A stretch of DNA of 51,786 nucleotides. Origin: a virus (lineage: Duplodnaviria; Caudoviricetes). The notes beneath the pieces were generated by a model, which was given only the letters and a program-made list of their open reading frames with translations, did no database searches and was not told the origin of the DNA. This document shows, in pieces, positions 29,437 through 37,462 of this stretch (positions within the stretch are counted from its first letter, which is position 1; each line of letters starts with the position of its first letter). The translations under genes and the position numbers were made by a program. Location: IMG/VR virus record IMGVR_UViG_3300025104_000002, positions 1-51,786 of that record; one strand, given 5' to 3'.

Positions 29437-31689
29437 TCACGTCCACCCCGCCGCAGGCAAACGCTTGATCTCGCGCCGTCGTTGAATAACACCGCCCTCA
29501 GATGCGTTATGCAAATGGAGCATCAGGTACTGCAAGGCTTCGGCCACGTGCGAGTGCTTGTTCTTGTCGATGTCGCCTTCGCCCTTGGGTTTGAAGCGGT
29601 ACCCGCCCATCATGGCCGCTTTGAGGTGCGTGCAGCGCGGATCGACAAGGAACGCCGGGTCGCCGTCCACCTGCCGCATTAGGTACTCGTCCACGGCGTT
29701 GATGCGGGCCGAGATGTTGTTGGTCTTGGCCGGGATGACCTTGAACCCCTCAGCTTTGATGATGTCCACCGCGCTGCGCTCGTCAGTTTGGGCACGTTGT
29801 ACCCCTGCGGGGTCAACGACGATGAGGACCGGGGCACCGGGGAAGCGTTCGTACAGCAGGGGGCGCAGCACCGTGCGGACAAACCGCTGGATGCCCATGT
29901 CGAAGCTCACCGCTTCGTCGAGGATGAGCGCCCGTCCACGGGGGTCTTGCTGCCCGATCACAGCCGCAGGCGTCAGACCCAAGTCCATGCCGATGACGAT
30001 GGGCCGCACCCCGTTGATAATAGGCCGGATGCGCTCCTTCGCCATGTGGTAGTCTGGTCGGAAGTACTTGTACACCGGCATCCCTGCGGATGACAGCCCG
30101 TACTCACCGTCGATGTAGACCCGGATGTACTCCTCCGAGCGACCCTGCGTATCGTAGTACCCGTCCGGCAGGTTCTCGATGTTCTCGGCGTAAGGGCTGC
30201 GGCCCGAGGGCTGCTTGAACACCTCCCACCCGTTGTTGTTGGGTGACACCCCATCTTTGGGATCGAGGTGTTCGAGTTGGTAGTACCACCACGTGTCCAT
30301 CGTCGGCGGGTTGGTGTCGCCCCACATGCCGTACCACGTCGGCCCGCCGTCCTTTGCAGATGGGTACCGCCCGATCCGCTTACTCATCGCATCCACGATG
30401 TCCGGGTGGATGTCGCGGCATTCGTTGAACCACGCGAAGGTCAATTCCAACGAGTTCAGGTTCGCCACGTCATCGGCATCGTCCAGCGCCCGGAACATGA
30501 TCTCGCACTCCACGTCGCCCACCTTGAAGAAGTAGGTCTTCGTGGTCTTCAGGTACTCGCCACACACACCCGGTGGGAACCAGTCGAGGAACGTCTTGAT
30601 GGTCGTGTCCTGCAACTGGCGAGCGGTTTCACGGACGACGGCTGCACGGGTCTTGCGGATGCCGTTCGCGTTGGGTGCCTGCATGGAGGCACGACGCACG
30701 ATCTCGAACGAACAAGTCACGCTCTTGCCTGAGTTGTGGTGAACCGTCCCATCCACAGTCACATAGTTGTTGGTATCGAGAACCTGCATATCCCAATACA
30801 CCTGCTTGAAAGGCAGACGCTCTATGGATACAACGGTCCCGTCGGACACGGAGTTTCTGTATGAACGCGAACACGCAGCGAATAATCGAACTTTCCAACG
30901 GGCAACGCTCGTCCGTAGAGATCGCAGAGCTTGTCGGGCTTTCCCCTCGCTACGTTCGGAAAGTAATGAAGAAGTTCGACCTCCCGCGTTTTGGAGAGGG
31001 TGCTCAGTCGGGATCACGCAACCACCAGTTTGTGTCTGGACGGCGAGTTGACCATGATGGCTACGTCCTAGTAGCCGCCCCCAAAGACCACCGATACGCA
31101 CGGCAACCGTCTGGGCGAAAGACGAAAGTAATTTTCGAACACCGGCTGGTGATGGAGCAAAAGCTGGGTCGATATCTGCTTCCCGAAGAAGTAGTTGACC
31201 ACGTAGACGGGCTGACTCTGCATAACGCGCCAGATAATCTACGGCTGTTTGCGTCAAACAGTGAGCATCTGGCTCAGACTGCGACAGGGCCGCGTATGTG
31301 GTCTCCAGAGGGGGCGAAGAACATAGGTGCAAGGACTGACCGGGGCGTAGAGATTCAACGGGTTGATAGCTATGGTCAGCGCAGAGCACGCGGTGAAATC
31401 CGGCTGCAACAAATTCTCCTCGCAGCGTTGTCACTCGGTATAGATAGTCCTTTCCTTTTGGGAACGCACCGCCACTTGGAGAAAGCTGGTATCGACCCGT
31501 CTTGTCGTTCCAACTTAGAACGCGCACTGGCCGATCTATACGCTCGATGGGGATGGCCCCCTCCTCAGTTTGGATAAGGGTACCACCTGCGACACAGCCG
31601 ACCGGCCCCATGAGGACGCGCATCTTGGCGTCCGAGGCCATGAACTTCCTGCCGGTGGGCGGGGGTGTGTAGTTGATGTCAAGCGGCAT
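29437..31689 (-). CDS. terL: Terminase large subunit precursor with one intein (about 462 aa spliced)
   Basis: Walker A split as GPVG|intein|SGKS; WFNE Walker B, DTNPP, GMDLGLTPA and HSHVAEALQY nuclease motifs. Confidence 0.92.
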   Translation of the reverse strand: MPLDINYTPPPTGRKFMASDAKMRVLMGPVGCVAGGTLIQTEEGAIPIERIDRPVRVLSWNDKTGRYQLSPSGGAFPKGKDYLYRVTTLRGEFVAAGFHRVLCADHSYQPVESLRPGQSLHLCSSPPLETTYAALSQSEPDAHCLTQTAVDYLARYAESARLRGQLLLREADIDPAFAPSPAGVRKLLSSFAQTVAVRIGGLWGRLLGRSHHGQLAVQTQTGGCVIPTEHPLQNAGGRTSSLLSERSEGKARQALRSLRTSVARWKVRLFAACSRSYRNSVSDGTVVSIERLPFKQVYWDMQVLDTNNYVTVDGTVHHNSGKSVTCSFEIVRRASMQAPNANGIRKTRAAVVRETARQLQDTTIKTFLDWFPPGVCGEYLKTTKTYFFKVGDVECEIMFRALDDADDVANLNSLELTFAWFNECRDIHPDIVDAMSKRIGRYPSAKDGGPTWYGMWGDTNPPTMDTWWYYQLEHLDPKDGVSPNNNGWEVFKQPSGRSPYAENIENLPDGYYDTQGRSEEYIRVYIDGEYGLSSAGMPVYKYFRPDYHMAKERIRPIINGVRPIVIGMDLGLTPAAVIGQQDPRGRALILDEAVSFDMGIQRFVRTVLRPLLYERFPGAPVLIVVDPAGVQRAQTDERSAVDIIKAEGFKVIPAKTNNISARINAVDEYLMRQVDGDPAFLVDPRCTHLKAAMMGGYRFKPKGEGDIDKNKHSHVAEALQYLMLHLHNASEGGVIQRRREIKRLPAAGWT
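30733..31596 (-). mobile_element. Intein in the terL Walker A motif (288 aa)
   Basis: Begins CVAGGTLIQTEEG, block B-like AAGFHRV, block F VYWDMQVLDTNNYV, ends VHHN before Ser+1; no LAGLIDADG or HNH in frame. Confidence 0.92.
30861..31577 (+). CDS. HTH-HNH homing endonuclease encoded antisense inside the terL intein
   Basis: GGAG SD 7 nt before ATG; HTH SVEIAELVGLSPRYVRKVM; DGYVLV..P.DH and EHRLVMEQKLGRYLLPEEVVDHVDG...NAPDNL. Confidence 0.85.
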   Translation: MNANTQRIIELSNGQRSSVEIAELVGLSPRYVRKVMKKFDLPRFGEGAQSGSRNHQFVSGRRVDHDGYVLVAAPKDHRYARQPSGRKTKVIFEHRLVMEQKLGRYLLPEEVVDHVDGLTLHNAPDNLRLFASNSEHLAQTATGPRMWSPEGAKNIGARTDRGVEIQRVDSYGQRRARGEIRLQQILLAALSLGIDSPFLLGTHRHLEKAGIDPSCRSNLERALADLYARWGWPPPQFG

Positions 31690-31877
31690 CAGTGCTCCCT
31701 GAGTTCGCCAGACTCGTACTTCTCACGCTGGTCGAGCGCGTTGTGGATGATGACACACGGTTCTTCCTCGTCTGGCGTCGGGTGGCACCAGCAGGCAATG
31801 CTTGTCTCGTGCTCCCGCAGATCGTTCAGTGGCACCACGTGGATCAGGTCATCCGTGCTGCGGTACATGGACTTCAT
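31689..31877 (-). CDS. Hypothetical small protein with His/Cys motif
   Basis: HVVPLNDLREH...CWCHP...HNALD; stop overlaps terL ATG. Confidence 0.7.
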   Translation of the reverse strand: MKSMYRSTDDLIHVVPLNDLREHETSIACWCHPTPDEEEPCVIIHNALDQREKYESGELREH

Positions 31878-32073
31878 CCGGGCCTCCTATCAGCAAAATA
31901 ACAAACTCACGACCACGCTTCTTGGACCGGGTAATGTGCGCCCGGTACGACTTACCCTGCCGGCGGAGTTCATTCTCCACGGTGATGGCCTCACTGGCGC
32001 TGCGCAGCTTCAGGGCCTTGAAGCCCTCGTAAGTTTGGGTGAACAGTTCTTCAATGTTCGATGGCAGTTGCAT
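31849..32073 (-). CDS. Hypothetical protein
   Basis: 74 aa overlapping terS end and the next gene. Confidence 0.55.
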   Translation of the reverse strand: MQLPSNIEELFTQTYEGFKALKLRSASEAITVENELRRQGKSYRAHITRSKKRGREFVILLIGGPDEVHVPQHG

Positions 32074-32530
32074 CTTCGGACTCGATGGTGGTAGCTTCGA
32101 TGGTTCGGGCGTCGCGTGGGTCTGGGCCGAGGTTGATGGTGATCTTCACACCACCGGAATTATTCTCCTGTGCGCCAGCATCCTTCGGCTCTAAACCGGC
32201 CCACTTCACGGTGGATTTGATCAGGTCGGCCTTCACAGCCGGGGAGACGGCTGGGTCGTGGATCAACAGCCAAGATGTCGTCAGGAGTTCTTCAGCCTGC
32301 GCACGCGCCTTGAGCTTGAACGTCAGGCCCTTGTCCCTGATCTCGCCACGGTACTGCTCCACCTTCTTCAAGAAGATGGGGTCGGCGTTGAAGGCGAGGA
32401 TGTCGTTGGCCGTGATGTTGTGCCGCCCCATGATTTCTTGGAGCGTTTCACCACTGCCTTCCAGAGTCAGAGCGACATCGAAGGCCAGCCGGTCATTCCA
32501 CTTGGTGTGGTTTAGAGGTAGGTTGTCCAT
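32051..32530 (-). CDS. Probable terminase small subunit
   Basis: First gene of the packaging operon; helical body with C-terminal VKITINLG strand. Confidence 0.6.
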   Translation of the reverse strand: MDNLPLNHTKWNDRLAFDVALTLEGSGETLQEIMGRHNITANDILAFNADPIFLKKVEQYRGEIRDKGLTFKLKARAQAEELLTTSWLLIHDPAVSPAVKADLIKSTVKWAGLEPKDAGAQENNSGGVKITINLGPDPRDARTIEATTIESEDATAIEH

Positions 32531-32536
32531 ACTGGG

Positions 32537-32567
32537 AATATAGCACCTTGGGTGACGGGGGTGTCAA
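32537..32567 (-). promoter_or_regulatory. Promoter for the terS operon (possibly leaderless)
   Basis: TTGACA-N19-TATATT with TG extension; -10 ends 6 nt before the ATG; no SD. Confidence 0.5.
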
Positions 32568-32712
32568 GAGGATCGGGTATGCGGAGGTTTGGGGGTTATC
32601 GGATCGAGCTAACTTTACACGTACTGTTTTTGGGGTCGTGGTGTGGGGGGTTTACTACAAATGCCGGGGGGTCGAATTTTTCCAGTCCATGTGGGCGGGG
32701 TACCCCCCACCT

Positions 32713-32800
<88 letters not shown>

Positions 32801-32804
32801 GAGG

Positions 32805-32838
32805 CAACTTGACACTTTCGGCGGGTCAAGCGAGTCTG
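32805..32838 (+). promoter_or_regulatory. Early promoter P1
   Basis: CAAC-TTGACA-N17-GAGTCT-G; same architecture as 35149-35182. Confidence 0.6.
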
Positions 32839-32923
32839 AATGTGTCGATGCAGCAATCGTGCTGCAAGACAGAGTGGGTGCAATCCCGCACCCGTTCTTT
32901 CACAACCTGTACTGGAGGTTACT

Positions 32924-33223
32924 ATGTCTGCAAAAACCTTTGAAGGTTCCGTGTCCATCGTCAAAAATACCAAAGGCGAGATTGCTCTCAAGCGTGACCC
33001 CGAAGGTAGGTTCTCGGCAGCGAACGCCGCCGAGTGCTACGCCAAGATGATGGAGCTTTGCAAAAGGCTCAAGTCGCCGGTCAACAAGTATTCCTTGTTC
33101 ATCGCTGATGGCGGAACCGAGCCAGTGATGTTGGCGAACCGCTTTGGCAATCCGTACATCGCGCTTCTTCCGAAGCGCGGCGATGGCAACGTCAAGCGTA
33201 GCGCAGTGACAAAGCTGGCCTAA
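32924..33223 (+). CDS. Early protein, paralog A (99 aa)
   Basis: GGAGG SD; clear similarity to 35229-35528. Confidence 0.85.
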   Translation: MSAKTFEGSVSIVKNTKGEIALKRDPEGRFSAANAAECYAKMMELCKRLKSPVNKYSLFIADGGTEPVMLANRFGNPYIALLPKRGDGNVKRSAVTKLA

Positions 33224-33226
33224 GTT

Positions 33227-33260
33227 GAACCCCGGCCCCTAGCGGGCCGGGGTTCTTTTT
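33227..33260 (+). terminator. Intrinsic terminator
   Basis: 12-bp stem GAACCCCGGCCC/GGGCCGGGGTTC, 5-nt loop, T5 tail. Confidence 0.85.
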
Positions 33261-33275
33261 CCACTGGAGAACACC

Positions 33276-33362
33276 ATGAGCGATGACGCGAAAGCAATCA
33301 TCGGCGCAATCATCTTCGCGCCCATCTTCTACTTTCTGTTGGTCGTAGTGATGAGCGTCTAA
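33276..33362 (+). CDS. 28-aa single-TM peptide
   Basis: GGAG SD; MSDDAKAIIGAIIFAPIFYFLLVVVMSV. Confidence 0.6.
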   Translation: MSDDAKAIIGAIIFAPIFYFLLVVVMSV

Positions 33363-33402
33363 CAACCGGGCCGCACAAGCGGCCCATCTTCTGGAGAGTG
33401 AC

Positions 33403-33909
33403 ATGAACTACGAATTCGTTCCTGGCGACACCATCGAAATCAAGTCCGGCAAAGTCCTTCACAGGATCCGGGCTACAACTTATATTGAGCCGCAAGGTGT
33501 CAAACCCGGCAATCTCGGCGGGTACATTGAGAGCTCTAGAAACCTCTGCGGCAACGCCTGGGTCTGCGGCGAAGCCCAGGTCTGCGGCAACGCCCAGGTC
33601 TGCGGCAACGCCCAGGTCTGCGGCAACGCCCAGGTCTGCGGCAACGCCATGATCAATGAGAACGGTCTCATCTTCTGGGCTTCGAAAGTGGGTAGTGAGA
33701 ACGGAACGCTCACGGTCTACAACACGACGTCCAACGAGCTCGAGGTGACGCGCGGCTGTTTTAGCGGCTCGGTCGATGATTTCTTAGCCGCGTCCAAGGC
33801 TAAGCACGACGACGACACGCACCGCGAATACCGGCTGCTGATCGAGGTCGCTGTGTCTCGCATCACACGCGCACGCGAACGGCTGGAGCAAACACGACCG
33901 AGAAACTGA
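33403..33909 (+). CDS. Hexapeptide-repeat (left-handed beta-helix-like) protein
   Basis: LGGYIES..NL followed by CGNA(W/Q)V repeats on 18-bp DNA repeats; C-terminal VTRGCFSGSVDDF. Confidence 0.85.
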   Translation: MNYEFVPGDTIEIKSGKVLHRIRATTYIEPQGVKPGNLGGYIESSRNLCGNAWVCGEAQVCGNAQVCGNAQVCGNAQVCGNAMINENGLIFWASKVGSENGTLTVYNTTSNELEVTRGCFSGSVDDFLAASKAKHDDDTHREYRLLIEVAVSRITRARERLEQTRPRN

Positions 33910-33985
33910 GACGCGCAACCTCCCATCGTCCCAGGTCTCACGGCAGAGCTTGCGCTGATGGGACTCTACTTCTAACCACAACCAC

Positions 33986-34014
33986 AAACCCGCCGCAAGG
34001 CGGGTTTTCTTTTT
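33986..34014 (+). terminator. Intrinsic terminator with GCAA loop
   Basis: AAACCCGCC-GCAA-GGCGGGTTT-TCTTTTT. Confidence 0.85.
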
Positions 34015-34033
34015 GCCTACGCACTTCGCATCT

Positions 34034-34084
34034 GGGCTGACGACTGACTCGGGCTGACGACTGACTCGGGTTGACGACTGACTG
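34034..34084. repeat. Three tandem 17-bp repeats
   Basis: GGGCTGACGACTGACTC x2 plus GGGTTGACGACTGACTG, followed by G10 at 34091-34100. Confidence 0.9.
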
Positions 34085-34119
34085 ACCTGCGGGGGGGGGG
34101 CGTGCCCTCGCTTTTCTTT

Positions 34120-34790
34120 GTGTTTTTCGAACACCATACGTCGGGGGTTTATAGCACCAGCCTCGCCGCTACCTTACGACTTTACATCGGGGGGACTGGG
34201 CCGCCGGGCAGCAGCTTTACACTTCGCTATAACATTACACTTTACATGTCAAGTTGTAGAGCGAGGCACGGCAAGCTATGCGATCTGATGTCAACTTACC
34301 GTGATTTTTTACATTTACCCTAGCTAACTATACGCATGTAAAGTGTCAAGTTGTGGAAAAAGTCCAGTGAAATCAACCACTTGCGCTGATGAGACCACGG
34401 GAGCTGGCTCTGTAAAACAATCTATACGATATAGAAAATATAGGTTTTTTCTCAATACCCTTTCACAAAGGCGATGGCTCCTACCATCCAAGACCTTGAC
34501 ACTCCGTGTGCGCCACATTACCTCAAAAATCGTAGATCATCTAGATCGTCACGCACTTTCTCCAATAAAATCAAGTACTTAGACGATCCATTTGACAAGG
34601 TACTTGATGAGGCACAATCTAGATTTTTCAGCGAAAAAGCCGAAAAATGCACATGCAACAGACATCAGATTGATGTCATCGGCTGATCCCATTTGATGTC
34701 TTAGAGACAGCGCAGAGACATACTGAGAGACATCACTTGACTGTCGCACAGACATCGAGTAGAGTTAGTACCGCACCGCTGTTGGTGTGT
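34120..34790. other. AT-richer non-coding region with repeated motifs (candidate replication origin/control region)
   Basis: Repeated TTTACA/TGTAAA, TGTCAAGTTGT x2, AGACAT repeats, several palindromes; no convincing ORF. Confidence 0.5.
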
Positions 34791-34805
34791 ACACCGGAGC
34801 TTTAC

Positions 34806-35111
34806 ATGAGGACCAAACAGTTGACCATCCGCCTGACCAACGACTTTCACAAAGCCCTCGTGGACTACTGCGCCGCCAACATGATCCCTGTCAGCACATT
34901 CATGGTCCAACAGACTGCCAAAGCCATTGGATACAAGCCCAAGCAGGCTACCACCCGCACTTATCAGGACCACACACCCGTGGTACAGCCCCCGCAACCA
35001 CCACTTGACAGTGATGGACTCATCCCAGACCTTGGGGAACTGGACGAAAGCGACTGGGACATGGAGGATTTACAGCGCCGCGCCGCTGCGGCCCCGCTTA
35101 GAAACGTCTGA
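34806..35111 (+). CDS. Ribbon-helix-helix-like DNA-binding protein with acidic tail
   Basis: GGAG SD; KQLTIRLTNDFHKALVDYCAANMIPVSTFM resembles the Arc/CopG pattern. Confidence 0.55.
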   Translation: MRTKQLTIRLTNDFHKALVDYCAANMIPVSTFMVQQTAKAIGYKPKQATTRTYQDHTPVVQPPQPPLDSDGLIPDLGELDESDWDMEDLQRRAAAAPLRNV

Positions 35112-35148
35112 GGCGCACTTTACAGTGCTTTTCCGGGATAACGCCGCC

Positions 35149-35182
35149 CAACTTGACGCTCGGCGCGGCGTCGGCGAGACTG
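35149..35182 (+). promoter_or_regulatory. Early promoter P2
   Basis: CAAC-TTGACG-N17-GAGACT-G. Confidence 0.6.
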
Positions 35183-35228
35183 GCTCTGCCTCGGTGCTGG
35201 GCTTTCAGCGCCTCTTTAAGGAGCCATC

Positions 35229-35528
35229 ATGGCGAAGATTTACAAAGGTCAAGTTTCTGTTTACAGCAACAGTCAGAACCAACTGGTTGTAAAGCCCGAT
35301 GCTGAGGGCAAGTTCAATCACGAGAATGTGGCTGAACTGTACAAGACCATGTGTCAACTGGCGAAGAAACACAAGATGGAAGTTCGAGTGTTCAAGCCGG
35401 AACAACTCGGTGACACCCCGGTTCTCATGGCGGATCGTTGGGGTAAGCCTTACATCGCTCTGTTGCCGGAACGTAAAGCCCCCGGCGCTCTGACCGTCAT
35501 CAAGCCTGCTGTTCAGAAGCTGGCCTGA
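35229..35528 (+). CDS. Early protein, paralog B (99 aa)
   Basis: AAGGAG SD; shares EG.F, PV..A.R.G.PYIALLP.R and terminal AV.KLA with paralog A. Confidence 0.85.
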   Translation: MAKIYKGQVSVYSNSQNQLVVKPDAEGKFNHENVAELYKTMCQLAKKHKMEVRVFKPEQLGDTPVLMADRWGKPYIALLPERKAPGALTVIKPAVQKLA

Positions 35529-35545
35529 TCCTACTGGAGACTACC

Positions 35546-35746
35546 ATGTCTGAGAAAGTCACTGTTCAGCAATTACCCTACATCGCCCCTCGCAAAACCC
35601 GTAAGCAAGAAAACCTCCGCTTCGTTGTCAAGTGGATCGAGGGAGACACGATGTACTTCCGCTGGTACAAGCGGGACGATGCTGCTTGTGCTTTCCTCAA
35701 CCGGCTTCGAGGAGCCGGGTTTGAAGCTCGTGTCCTGATGAAGTGA
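35546..35746 (+). CDS. Hypothetical early protein
   Basis: GGAG SD, 66 aa. Confidence 0.7.
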   Translation: MSEKVTVQQLPYIAPRKTRKQENLRFVVKWIEGDTMYFRWYKRDDAACAFLNRLRGAGFEARVLMK

Positions 35747-35754
35747 GGTCTGCC

Positions 35755-36000
35755 ATGTACAACATCGAAGTGACTGACACCTTTGGTGGTGAAGCCAACT
35801 ACTGCTGGGTCAAACGTGGTTCCACCAAGGCCACGTCCCGTCGAGGGATCATCGAAGCTGTCAAACGTGTTGCTGGTTGGACAGGCTGGTGCCGTGTGAA
35901 AGTGGTGTGCCAAGCTGGTGACTTCTGGGAGATTCGTCCAGTGGACACCAGCGGGGTATGCCAAGTGGCCTTTGTTACTTGGTCTGATGAAGTGCGGTGA
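35755..36000 (+). CDS. Hypothetical early protein
   Basis: GAGG SD; EVTDTFGGEANYCWVKR. Confidence 0.7.
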   Translation: MYNIEVTDTFGGEANYCWVKRGSTKATSRRGIIEAVKRVAGWTGWCRVKVVCQAGDFWEIRPVDTSGVCQVAFVTWSDEVR

Positions 36001-36004
36001 CATC

Positions 36005-36256
36005 ATGGCTGAACACCGCACTGTCATCATCCACATGGATGCTGTTCAACAGCAGACCATGCAACACGAGACTGACCACACTGAGTGGTACAGGGCCATT
36101 GGTCGACTGTCAACATGGAACATGACGTTCCCAACTGTCAACATCTACAAGGATGGTGACACTGACATGGTTGCGGTCTACCTCAACGAACAGGGTGAAC
36201 GTGGTTATGTCATCGGTGCCGTATGGCATGGCGACCACTACGGGTTTCACTCCTGA
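36005..36256 (+). CDS. Hypothetical early protein
   Basis: 83 aa ending YGFHS; tight packing. Confidence 0.6.
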   Translation: MAEHRTVIIHMDAVQQQTMQHETDHTEWYRAIGRLSTWNMTFPTVNIYKDGDTDMVAVYLNEQGERGYVIGAVWHGDHYGFHS

Positions 36257-36372
36257 AGGTATGTTCACCAACTGTCTCAATCCCGAGGACTGACATATCA
36301 GCTTACAAGGCATCACCCAGTGGTGCCTTGTGGGATGCGCTGTCGCATCGTATCCATCTGAGGTTCACACCT

Positions 36373-36705
36373 ATGAAGATCACCAACCGAGATGCACGGA
36401 AGTTCGTGCAGCAACGGCTCCCCTTCCAAGGGAGCAACCTGTTCGCCCACACTCGGACCAGCGAGGATGGAACCACGTGGTACGTGGTTTACAGCTACGG
36501 CCCGCACCATCCGCTGTTCGTCTGGGCCGATGGGATTTGGTTTGAGAACGAGGACCGCTTCAGTGTCACCACTTCCAAGCATCGGAGTCAGACACACCCG
36601 CTCTGCCCCACTGTGCCGCTGTCCACCGAGTGGATGCAGCGGCTGGCTCGTGGGGGGTACTGGGCCATTGCCAAGGAACGCATCCTCCAAGGAGTTGCAG
36701 CATGA
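36373..36705 (+). CDS. Hypothetical early protein
   Basis: YVVYSYGPH, SVTTSKH motifs; GAGG SD. Confidence 0.7.
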   Translation: MKITNRDARKFVQQRLPFQGSNLFAHTRTSEDGTTWYVVYSYGPHHPLFVWADGIWFENEDRFSVTTSKHRSQTHPLCPTVPLSTEWMQRLARGGYWAIAKERILQGVAA

Positions 36706-37307
36706 CCACGTTCACCGAAGCACAACAGGCCCTGATCGACAGGTACCGGGACATCAACACCGACCACGAATGGTGGGATTCCATCTACAGCAACTTCAAA
36801 AAGCGTATGGAAGCCATCGGTATCCGCGTTGAGCGGATGTACTTTAGTGGCTTCTGGTCACAGGGTGATGGTGCCTGCTTCGAGGGTTGGGTCGATGACT
36901 GGAGCCTGTTCCTGCCAACGGTGGGGATAACCAACGACGTGTTGATGGAGTTTGCCAACAACCACTGGGCGTTCAGTGTGAAGCACAGCGGTCACTACTA
37001 CCACGAGAACTGCACGGTCTTCGATGCCGACATGCCCAACCCAGACGGGGAGGATGATGACTGGTTCATCGAGCGATACAGTCCCTATAAGGTGGATGAC
37101 TTCCGCTCTGTGGTATGGCTCGTTGTGCTGCGGGGGTTTGACTTCTCCTCGATGGAGGAGACGTTCCGCGATGCATTCAAGGGTCACATGCGGCAGTTGT
37201 ACAAGGACTTGGAGGAGGAGTACGAGTACCTCACAAGTGATGAGGCGGTGTGGGAGTCCATCGTAGCCAACGAGCTTGATGATGAACTGGAGGAAATATG
37301 CGAGTGA
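36702..37307 (+). CDS. Acidic phage protein (family often loosely labelled antitoxin)
   Basis: FSGFWSQGDGACFEG, HYYHE, LEEEYEYLTSDE motifs; AAGGAG SD. Confidence 0.65.
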   Translation: MTTFTEAQQALIDRYRDINTDHEWWDSIYSNFKKRMEAIGIRVERMYFSGFWSQGDGACFEGWVDDWSLFLPTVGITNDVLMEFANNHWAFSVKHSGHYYHENCTVFDADMPNPDGEDDDWFIERYSPYKVDDFRSVVWLVVLRGFDFSSMEETFRDAFKGHMRQLYKDLEEEYEYLTSDEAVWESIVANELDDELEEICE

Positions 37308-37462
37308 AATGTGTTGTCCGTTGGCTGGCAACTGTCGCAATGGTGACAGCCTTCGCCGTATTGGGAGCCGTCGTCCTGATCGAGTGGATGGCTGGCTGTG
37401 GTGAAACCTACATCGACTCCAAGGGGGTACGACATGCCTACGAGTGCGTCTTCATCCGATAG
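37298..37462 (+). CDS. 54-aa membrane peptide
   Basis: GGAGG SD; MRVKCVVRWLATVAMVTAFAVLGAVVLIEWMAGCGETYIDSKGVRHAYECVFIR. Confidence 0.55.
   Translation: MRVKCVVRWLATVAMVTAFAVLGAVVLIEWMAGCGETYIDSKGVRHAYECVFIR

Noticed and set aside
33546-33648. 18-bp repeats as a diversity-generating or regulatory array
   Set aside because: They are in-frame hexapeptide repeats; no reverse transcriptase or TR/VR pair seen
34034-34084. Possible mini-CRISPR array
   Set aside because: Repeats are only 17 bp, directly adjacent, with no spacers
36702-37307. Toxin-antitoxin system
   Set aside because: The antitoxin label for this family is weak and no cognate toxin is recognisable
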